A stretch of 59,644 bases of DNA from a virus (taxonomy: Duplodnaviria > Caudoviricetes): positions 1 to 59,644 of the IMG/VR virus record IMGVR_UViG_3300032095_000033; one strand, 5' to 3'. A model generated the notes under the pieces. That model was given only the letters and a program-made list of their open reading frames with translations, was not told where the DNA came from and did no database searches. Positions 52,471 to 59,644 of this stretch are shown one piece after another. The translations under genes were made by a program, and so were the position numbers. Position 1 is the stretch's first letter; each line of letters begins with the position of its first letter.

Positions 52471-54953
52471 GCCTGGGCCGCTGCATCCCCGACATGGTTC
52501 GTCGGGGCGAGATCGATCCAGTCCGCGCCAAGCGGATGAAGGACCTGTTCGATGAGCTGGAGGGCTATTACCGCCAGTCGATGGGCCCGGACGCTGCGGC
52601 GGCCGAAGCGAGCGAGGCGACGCTGCGCCAGCTGCGGACCGAAGCCCTGCTGAAAAAGCGCCAGGCGCTGTTGCAGATCAACCGCCAGCGCGACGCGCTG
52701 AAGGACCTGAAGACGTTCAAGGGGGATAACGCTTACGCGGCGGTCAACGCGCTCCTCGATGACGACGATCGCGCCCCGTATCGCAAGGGCAATGTGTCGA
52801 CTGGCGCGCGCCGTATCGAGCGGCTGGCGCATGCCAAGATGACCGAGTTCATCGAGGCGCATCGTCGTGACCTCACCGGCAAGCCGAACGACCCGCAAGG
52901 GCTGGACGATGTCGGGCGGCAATTGTTCGGGCAGGCGACCGGGAACGAAAGGGCCACGGTATTTGCTGATGCGGTGATTAGCGTGCGTGAAGAACAACGT
53001 CAGCGCTTCAATGCAGCGGGTGGCTCGATCCGCAAACTCGACAATTATGGTGTGCCGATCAACTATGAGCCTGCCAAGGTCCGTGATCTTCCGGCCGAAG
53101 AAATGGTCAAGGATGCGATGGTCAACCTAGATCGTTCGAAAATGATCGACGATCGCACTGGCGTGCCTTTCACTGACGCAGGATTGAAGTCATTCTTGCT
53201 GAATGTGCGGGAAACGATCCGCACGAATGGTATGACTGGCGAGCCCAGCGCGTCGTTTCGGGGTGGCGGCAAGATTGCCAATCGCGGGCAAGAACATCGG
53301 GTGCTTCACTGGAAGGACTACGACGCCTGGAAATTCATGAACGAGAAGTACGGCACCGGTGATAATCTATTTACCGTGATCATGAGCCGTATCAGCGGAC
53401 GATCACGCGAAATCGCGATGATGGAGCGGCTGGGTCCGAACCCTGATGCAACGGTGCGCTTCCTGCTCGACAAGATCGCCTATGACAAGGCGAAGGGCGA
53501 CACCGCTTTGGTGCCGGAGGTCAGCGCGAAGTCGGTCGAGCGCCGCCAGACGGAAAACCTCTGGCGCTATGTGAAGGGCGATGCGACCGCGCAGCATATC
53601 TACCCCGATCCGATCCGGCGCGGGGTCGTGACGACGCTGCAGGGCGGGCGCAATCTGATCACGGCCGCTTGGCTTGGTTCCGCCACCTTGTCCTCGATCA
53701 GCGATATCCACACTCAGGCAATGGCGCGCGGGCTCTATGGCCTGCCCGAGACGAACCTGCTGACCAGGACGCTCGCGAGCCTGCGCGACAATGCCGGGCA
53801 GTTGAGCCATGAAAACCGGATGACGGCCGCGCGCCTAGCGTTGGGCATGGAAGACGCGGCGCATTCGCTGGGGCAGAGCGCGCGGTTTATCGGCGAGGTG
53901 ACGGGACCGGCATGGACGCAGGTCGTGGCGGACGATGTGCTTCGCCTATCGGGTCTGAACCGATTGACCGAAAATCGGAAGAGCGCGTTTGGGCAGGCCT
54001 TGCTTGGAGCGATTGCCGACGAGCGGGCGCGGAATTGGGATGACGTATCGCCCGGGTTGCGAACCGCGATGGAGCGGAACGGCATTGATAAGTTCGACTG
54101 GCTGACCATCCGCAGGGCCGTAACGGAGATCCGAGGATCGGAATTCATTGACCCGACCCTGATCCGTGATCAGGCGGTGCAGAACCGCTTGCTCGACATG
54201 GTCATCCGGGGGCAGGCGACGGCGGTGCAAGAGGCGTCCGCCACCTCACGCGCGCTGGCAAACCCGATGGACTTGGCGAAGGGCAGCATCAGCGGCGAGC
54301 TGTGGACCAGCGCGTTGCAGTTCAAAGGGTTTGCCGTAGCGCTGATGGCCAGGCACGCCCGCATCATTAGTAATTTGGGGCCTGCTGGTGGCGCCATGTA
54401 CGCGGCGCAATTCTTCATCGGGCTGACTATATACGGCGCGGCGGTGATCCAGCTGCGTGAGCTGGCCAAGGGCAATGATCCGCGACCCATGGATAATGCT
54501 GAATTCTGGGGCGACGCGGCGCTGCAGGGCGGTGGCATCGGCATCCTTGGCGATCTGGTCGGTGTGTTCAAGAACGACCGCATCGACAGCCTTGGGGGTT
54601 TCATCGGTGGTCCGATCTATGGCGCGGTGCAGGATGTGCGTGCTGCGGTGAAGACGGCGTTGCCGGGCAAGGAGCGCGCGGACGGTACGCACCGCGAAGC
54701 CAACCCGGGCGGCGCGGCCGTGAAGCTGGCCAAGCGCTATGTCCCCGGCTCAAATCTCTGGTACTTGCGCGCCGCCTGGGAGCGGATGGTCATCGACCAG
54801 CTCGACGCCATGGTCAGCAACACGCATGACCGCGACGTCAAACGCCGGGAAACCCGGCTGGAGAAGAACCACCAGGGCCAGTGGTGGCAGAGCGGCGAAC
54901 CGATGCCGGAGCGTGCGCCCGACTGGGGCAACGTGGTGCAGGCAGAGCGATGA
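52467..54953 (+). CDS. Large internal virion / ejection protein (gp16-like)
   Basis: LGPNP, QFKGF, QLRELAKGNDP, GGGIGILGD, PGSNLWY motifs. Confidence 0.75.
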   Translation: MSLGRCIPDMVRRGEIDPVRAKRMKDLFDELEGYYRQSMGPDAAAAEASEATLRQLRTEALLKKRQALLQINRQRDALKDLKTFKGDNAYAAVNALLDDDDRAPYRKGNVSTGARRIERLAHAKMTEFIEAHRRDLTGKPNDPQGLDDVGRQLFGQATGNERATVFADAVISVREEQRQRFNAAGGSIRKLDNYGVPINYEPAKVRDLPAEEMVKDAMVNLDRSKMIDDRTGVPFTDAGLKSFLLNVRETIRTNGMTGEPSASFRGGGKIANRGQEHRVLHWKDYDAWKFMNEKYGTGDNLFTVIMSRISGRSREIAMMERLGPNPDATVRFLLDKIAYDKAKGDTALVPEVSAKSVERRQTENLWRYVKGDATAQHIYPDPIRRGVVTTLQGGRNLITAAWLGSATLSSISDIHTQAMARGLYGLPETNLLTRTLASLRDNAGQLSHENRMTAARLALGMEDAAHSLGQSARFIGEVTGPAWTQVVADDVLRLSGLNRLTENRKSAFGQALLGAIADERARNWDDVSPGLRTAMERNGIDKFDWLTIRRAVTEIRGSEFIDPTLIRDQAVQNRLLDMVIRGQATAVQEASATSRALANPMDLAKGSISGELWTSALQFKGFAVALMARHARIISNLGPAGGAMYAAQFFIGLTIYGAAVIQLRELAKGNDPRPMDNAEFWGDAALQGGGIGILGDLVGVFKNDRIDSLGGFIGGPIYGAVQDVRAAVKTALPGKERADGTHREANPGGAAVKLAKRYVPGSNLWYLRAAWERMVIDQLDAMVSNTHDRDVKRRETRLEKNHQGQWWQSGEPMPERAPDWGNVVQAER

Positions 54954-55002
54954 TGACGGGACGAAACGCGCGTAAGACGCTCAGAGAGGCGCTGTGATCA
55001 AC

Positions 55003-55797
55003 TCATATACCGTTGATGCGGGCGCACTCGGCTTTGAGTCCGTCAAGGACACTCTGCGCCTTTTGGTGAAACAGCAAAAGCGCTTCCGGGGCAGCGGTTC
55101 GCCTGGGCAGCGGTCCGCTGCGAAAGAATATTGTCACATGCGCTCCGGGTTCCTGATGCATTGTTGCATCTCGAACTCGAAGAAGTTCGATCTCCTTTTT
55201 GTCCGGGTTCCACACGGGCGGCCTCATTCCGAAGAAACCATCTCGGCCAAAACTCATAACCCCTCCGAAGATGCTGGTAACGACGCACCCTATCTCGAAA
55301 CCAATGGTGTGTTTGGCGTTGGCAATAGTCGCTACCGCTCGAATGAGATCGTCTCCCCCGGTATATCCTTCACCAGTCGGGTATGGCTGCTGCCGTTTAA
55401 TCTCCTCCCACAGGAGCGGGGGGACCTTGGGTTTTCTTTCCCTGCCTCGCAGGCGATGGCCCAAGTCTACAGGGCTGTCAGCCCAGGGATAGTTCAGCTT
55501 CTTCCTGGGGTCATTGATCGCGGTGCAAGCCGCAAAGATGGACTGATCGAACGAATTCCTAAGATTGTTGAGAGCTTCCGTCCACCTCTGCTCGATGACG
55601 TCGGGCAAATCCCTCTGCTGGACTATCTTATAGACGTAGTCCCCCGTATCCGAATCGAACTCAATCTTTTTGACGAAGGAGCCAGGATCTTGGCCGAAGG
55701 CCAAGAAATGTTGGATTCCTTCATGTATGGAGCGCTCCGCCCAATTGATGGTATTCTGGGGGCGTTGGAAAGGATCAGTTACGGGTCGATGTGTCAT
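55003..55797 (-). CDS. Antisense hypothetical protein (moron), helical, possibly HEPN-like
   Basis: Lower GC; EALNNLRNSFD and ANAKH motifs; start uncertain. Confidence 0.6.
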   Translation of the reverse strand: MTHRPVTDPFQRPQNTINWAERSIHEGIQHFLAFGQDPGSFVKKIEFDSDTGDYVYKIVQQRDLPDVIEQRWTEALNNLRNSFDQSIFAACTAINDPRKKLNYPWADSPVDLGHRLRGRERKPKVPPLLWEEIKRQQPYPTGEGYTGGDDLIRAVATIANAKHTIGFEIGCVVTSIFGGVMSFGRDGFFGMRPPVWNPDKKEIELLRVRDATMHQEPGAHVTIFFRSGPLPRRTAAPEALLLFHQKAQSVLDGLKAECARINGI

Positions 55798-55988
55798 GTT
55801 GATGCGGCCTAGCAACTGATCGAAGCGCATATCTGCCTCCGTGGGATTATGTGCCACGGAGGCAGATCGCCGTCGATACCCCTTGCCGTCCGAATCGCCC
55901 TTGCGTTATGGAGGGGATGCCCGCTCAGGGCCCCGGTGATTACGGCGCCGGGCACCGCCCCCGAATTTGACCCATTGGGGGAAGTGCC

Positions 55989-58109
55989 GTGACCGTTGCC
56001 GCCAAACCAGCGACTATCAGCTATATCGAAGATGGCGTGTCCGTCAGCTTTGCGGTGCCGTTTCGGTTCAAGGCGGCCAGCGACCTGGTCGTGGAGCGGT
56101 TGATCGGCGGTGATGTCATCGTGCTGCAGCTCGGCACGGATTATAGCGTAACGGGCGGTGCGACCGACGCCGGTGGAACGCTGACCCGTTTGTCCGCCAC
56201 GAACGGTGCGACCTTGCGGATCACGCGCGACACCGCCCGCGCCCAGCCCATGACCTATGCCACCGGCGACCGGTTCCCGGCCGTCAGCCATGAGGAAGCG
56301 CTGGATCGGCAGATGCTGGTCGCCCAGGAACAGGACGCCACGATCGCCGAGACGCGGGGCCGTGCCGTGATGGTGCCGGTCGGATCGACGATCGGCGATA
56401 TCGTCCCTGCGGCCAATACCGTTTTCGCATTTGACGCCAATCGCCAGTTGGAGGCCAGGCCTATCGGCAGTTTTCCGGCTGGGCCGACCGGTGCATCCAA
56501 CAACACCTATGAAACGATCGCCGAAATTGCCGCTTCCCCGACGACGCGCAAGTCCGCGACGCTGGCGCCTTTGGCGGGATCTGGCCTGAGCGCTGCGACC
56601 TACACGTGGAAGACGGGCAATTTTACCGGCCGCAACGATGTGATCGCCAGTGAATGGTTCGATCCCGTCATTGGCGGCATCGTTCCTATTTCGGCTGGCG
56701 CATGGGTCCTGCCCGACGCGCGGGCCATCAATTTCGACAATCGTCGCAACGTCAAACAGCGCCTGCAACTCGAGAAGTTCGTCACCGATAGCGACTTTGC
56801 GGGCGGCGCGGTGGGCGACGGGATCGCCGATGATACGGCCGCATTCAAGGCGTGTCGGGACGCGTGCCTGGCCTCCGGGAGCCGCATGCGCATTCCGGCT
56901 GGCAAATATATCCTGACGGATACGATTGTCGTCCCGGGATCGTTCGACATCGAGGGCGACGGAGGAGCCGTCACCCTTATTCTTCCGCGTTTCTCGACGC
57001 AAAAGGCGGTCTTCGATATCGCTCCGTCCAATAACGCCGTGGTCAACGGGATGCGTTTTTCGGGAATCGGCATGAACGGCCTGGGCTCGCCGATCATTCC
57101 CGATTTCATGACCATTCGATCCGCAGCGGTCAACAGTACCATTCGACAGTCGATGTTTACCGACCTGTTCTTTCAGCATGTTCGTCGGGGCATATCTTTG
57201 AGCGGGGTCATATACCGCTGCTCTTTCGAGAATATCACGGGGACCGACATCTCCGATATCGGTATCTATTCGGACGTCGGATTTATCGACGTCACGTATA
57301 ACGACTTGCGTCAGATCGAGATGACAAATGTCGGTAACGGTGCGTGGGCCTATTACATCCGATCCTCATTTTCGACCTTCGACACGCTGACGAGCGACGG
57401 TGTCGCATATTTCTCAAGCCCGGGCGGGGTCATCCGCAATTACACGACGGAAACGGTGCAGGCGACAACCTTCCCCGCCGCTGCTGGCAATGCGGTCGTG
57501 ACGATCAACCAGGTCCAGCTGCTCGACAATTTCACCATTCGCGGCGTGGACCCGGCCAAGAGATCCGTGGCGCTGCGTGTCACCGGCACGAGCGTGATCA
57601 CCGCGATGCGGATGGTCGGGCCGCACCCGATCAATGCGCTGCTCTTAGATGCCGGCTCCGCTGGCGTGGTCAATACACTGCAGGTCGACAGCGCGATCAA
57701 TCCGATCGAGTTGACGCATAATGAAGATATCTTGAACGGGTGGACGTTTAACAATTGCTTCCAGGTCACGGCGCGGGCGATGCGTTATGCGCAAGGTCCA
57801 TGGGCACCGGTGTTTACCGGCTGGACTTCACCGCCGACCGTCAATGCGGCCACCTATGAGCGGATTGGCAACCGGGTGTTCGCGACGATCGTGGCGCAAG
57901 GCGGCATTGCTGATGCAGGTGCCAGTATTGGCGGCCTGCCCTTTCCATCTGCGTCCATGAGCGGCGGTGTCGCCATCTTCAGTTCGTCAGACCCGGCAAA
58001 GCGGATCGCCAATGGCAGCCTGGGCGCATCTTCCAGCACGGTAGGAGGCTTTGGTGCCGTCACCATGGCGGGTGTTTTCTGGACCATGACCGTGGAGTAC
58101 CGCGCATGA
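55989..58109 (+). CDS. Tail fibre / tailspike: T7-type N-terminal anchor plus pectate-lyase-like beta-helix
   Basis: DGVSVSFAVPF, DYSVTG, HEEALDR; GAVGDGIADDTAAF..IPAGKY. Confidence 0.85.
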   Translation: MTVAAKPATISYIEDGVSVSFAVPFRFKAASDLVVERLIGGDVIVLQLGTDYSVTGGATDAGGTLTRLSATNGATLRITRDTARAQPMTYATGDRFPAVSHEEALDRQMLVAQEQDATIAETRGRAVMVPVGSTIGDIVPAANTVFAFDANRQLEARPIGSFPAGPTGASNNTYETIAEIAASPTTRKSATLAPLAGSGLSAATYTWKTGNFTGRNDVIASEWFDPVIGGIVPISAGAWVLPDARAINFDNRRNVKQRLQLEKFVTDSDFAGGAVGDGIADDTAAFKACRDACLASGSRMRIPAGKYILTDTIVVPGSFDIEGDGGAVTLILPRFSTQKAVFDIAPSNNAVVNGMRFSGIGMNGLGSPIIPDFMTIRSAAVNSTIRQSMFTDLFFQHVRRGISLSGVIYRCSFENITGTDISDIGIYSDVGFIDVTYNDLRQIEMTNVGNGAWAYYIRSSFSTFDTLTSDGVAYFSSPGGVIRNYTTETVQATTFPAAAGNAVVTINQVQLLDNFTIRGVDPAKRSVALRVTGTSVITAMRMVGPHPINALLLDAGSAGVVNTLQVDSAINPIELTHNEDILNGWTFNNCFQVTARAMRYAQGPWAPVFTGWTSPPTVNAATYERIGNRVFATIVAQGGIADAGASIGGLPFPSASMSGGVAIFSSSDPAKRIANGSLGASSSTVGGFGAVTMAGVFWTMTVEYRA

Positions 58110-58267
58110 TGATCGGTGATCGTGTGACCACGCCCGTGGGCAGTGGGATCGTCGTGGGGTGGTATTCTAAAGGCGCACGAAAGCGCGTGACGGTCGCGAT
58201 TGATGGTGGTGGCGACGAGCCTGAAGTCACTTTTGACGAAGATCTTATCGAGCGAGTCGAGGCATGA
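58106..58267 (+). CDS. Small hypothetical protein (53 aa, not in ORF track)
   Basis: MMIGDRVTTPVGSGIVVG...; ATGA coupling at both ends. Confidence 0.6.
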   Translation: MMIGDRVTTPVGSGIVVGWYSKGARKRVTVAIDGGGDEPEVTFDEDLIERVEA

Positions 58268-58687
58268 GCGGCGGGCCGACCGCTGGTGAGATCACCGGCA
58301 TCATCGCTGCTCTTGCGGGTGCGCTGTTTGGGATGGGGCGTGGCGTCCAGTGGCTGTTCAGCTGGGGGGGAGCGGCGTGCGGAAAGCAGGGCGGCGAAGT
58401 TGCAGCTTTGGCACGAAGAATTGAGCGCACGGGAGGCGACGTTCGACGCGCGTGTCGAGGATCGACTGAAAACCCTCGAAGGCAAGGACCGGTTGCGCGA
58501 GGCGGAGAACATGGCGCTCCGCATGGCATTTGAGCTGGTCGCATCCGCGCTCCGTGCGATCGATCCGCGCAATACCGCCCTCAGCCGAGCAGAGCAGCTG
58601 CTGCAGGTCGCGTTCCCGCTCGCTCCGATTGTCCCGCCCGACATGACGACCTCGCTGCAGACTATCCATATGGAGGTGCAAGGATGA
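58264..58687 (+). pseudogene. TM plus coiled-coil lysis-region gene frameshifted at a G7 tract
   Basis: Removing one G from 58364-58370 joins MSGG...WLFSWG to ERRAESRAAKL... and restores ATGA coupling to the lysozyme. Confidence 0.7.
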
Positions 58688-59235
58688 AGACGATCGACCA
58701 GTTGATCGACGAGGTGATCGCGCGGGAGGGCGGTTATAGCGATCATCCCGCCGATCGCGGCGGCCCGACGCGGTTTGGTGTGACCGAGCAGGTCGCGCGT
58801 GCCAATGGCTATGGCGGCGACATGAAGGTCTTTCCGCGCGACCGGGCGGTTGCGATCTACCGCGCGACCTATTGGACGCGACCTGCCTTCGATCAAGTGG
58901 CGTCCGTGTCGTCGTTGGTCGCGGCCGAGCTCTTCGACACGGGTGTTAACATGGGTGTGACGGTTGCGGTTGGATTTTTGCAGCGAGCGCTCAACGTACT
59001 GAACCGCGGTGCCGTCGACTATCCTGACCTCAAGGTCGACGGGCAGATCGGGCCGGTGACGATCTACGCGCTGCGTCAGTTCGTCGCTAAGCGCGGAGCA
59101 GCTGGCGCGATCGTCCTGGTCAAGGCGCTCGATGCGCTTCAGGGCGAACGGTATATCGCGCTGGCGGAAAGTCGTCCGGCCAATGAAGCGTTTCTTTACG
59201 GCTGGCTCAGCGAACGCGTGGGGCAGGCGGCATGA
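58684..59235 (+). CDS. Endolysin, glycoside hydrolase family 108 with peptidoglycan-binding domain
   Basis: EGGYSDHPADRGGPTRFGVT, FDTGVNMG, DGQIGP, FLYGW. Confidence 0.92.
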   Translation: MKTIDQLIDEVIAREGGYSDHPADRGGPTRFGVTEQVARANGYGGDMKVFPRDRAVAIYRATYWTRPAFDQVASVSSLVAAELFDTGVNMGVTVAVGFLQRALNVLNRGAVDYPDLKVDGQIGPVTIYALRQFVAKRGAAGAIVLVKALDALQGERYIALAESRPANEAFLYGWLSERVGQAA

Positions 59236-59537
59236 GCGCGCCCGATGAAACTGCGCAGCCGATCGTCGTTCCGCCCAGCATTCTGGCGGGCCAGGCCAAG
59301 GCCCAGCTGCGCCTGGCGCTGGCGGCCATTGGTGGCGCCCTGGTGCTGCGCAAGGCGCTGCCCGCATGGGTGGTCAATGATCAGATGCTCGATCTGGTCG
59401 CGGGCCTGATCATCTGGGGTGTCGCGGCCGCCTGGTCGTGGGGTCGCAACAAGCTCAACCATGCACGCTGGATCGCGGTCGCGGCCGATCCGCGCGTGCC
59501 TAACGACGCCGTGACGGTAAAGGGAGCCGAGTCATGA
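59232..59537 (+). CDS. Holin-like membrane protein
   Basis: Two TM segments, AAWSW motif, coupled to endolysin. Confidence 0.65.
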   Translation: MSAPDETAQPIVVPPSILAGQAKAQLRLALAAIGGALVLRKALPAWVVNDQMLDLVAGLIIWGVAAAWSWGRNKLNHARWIAVAADPRVPNDAVTVKGAES

Positions 59538-59644
59538 ATGTCGCGAAACTGCTTAAGGTGGTGCTGACCGTGGCGCAGACGATCGTGACCGTGCAGGCGG
59601 TCGGAAAACCGATCGTCGATGCGATCAAAAAGAAGCCCGGCTAG
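59534..59644 (+). CDS. 36-aa cationic amphipathic peptide (not in ORF track)
   Basis: MNVAKLLKVVLTVAQTIVTVQAVGKPIVDAIKKKPG*; GGGAG RBS, ATGA overlap. Confidence 0.6.
   Translation: MNVAKLLKVVLTVAQTIVTVQAVGKPIVDAIKKKPG

Larger units (their letters stand above)
19394..59644. mobile_element. Temperate podovirus-type prophage (BPP-1/T7-like virion module)
   Basis: int, cI/cro, primase, helicase, terminase, head-tail connector, scaffold, capsid, tail tubular A/B, ejection proteins, tailspike, lysis genes. Confidence 0.9.

Noticed and set aside
54994-55812. Plus-strand 272-aa ORF as the real gene
   Set aside because: The minus-strand ORF has more protein-like composition and motifs; treated as a shadow frame
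55989-58109. Diversity-generating retroelement as in BPP-1
   Set aside because: No reverse transcriptase ORF and no TR/VR repeat pair noticed in the window

Overview
GC-rich, alphaproteobacterial-looking window made entirely of two prophage-type elements in tandem. A Sphingomonadaceae host is my inference from gene families and a GTTC-N7-GTTC box. The elements meet at a 5'-half tRNA-Gly(TCC) fragment (19354-19393, minus strand). Left element (1-~19350, its left end lies outside the window): lambda-like TerS/GpA terminase, gpW and portal, then two apparent deletions. The first removes most of the prohead protease, the capsid, head-tail genes and tail tube; the second removes most of the tape measure. 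A brnTA toxin-antitoxin pair survives between them. After that come open tail-tip, fibre and lysis genes (holin, SAR endolysin, Rz/Rz1), a NepR-like ORF, two secreted proteins (one SGNH-like) and a LexA-box-preceded Zn-finger pair. Right element (~19400-59644, runs to the window edge): a temperate podophage of BPP-1/T7-like virion type. It has a tyrosine integrase, a leftward early operon, a cI/cro switch with four ATATG-N9-CATAW operators, two secreted proteins inside the replication operon, primase, helicase and an iteron-rich origin. Its late region has terminase, portal, scaffold, capsid, tail tubular A/B, ejection proteins (one with lysozyme-like plus PBECR-like nuclease domains), tailspike and a GH108 lysis cassette with a G7 frameshift and a cationic amphipathic peptide. 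All family calls come from motif recognition by eye; no searches were run.
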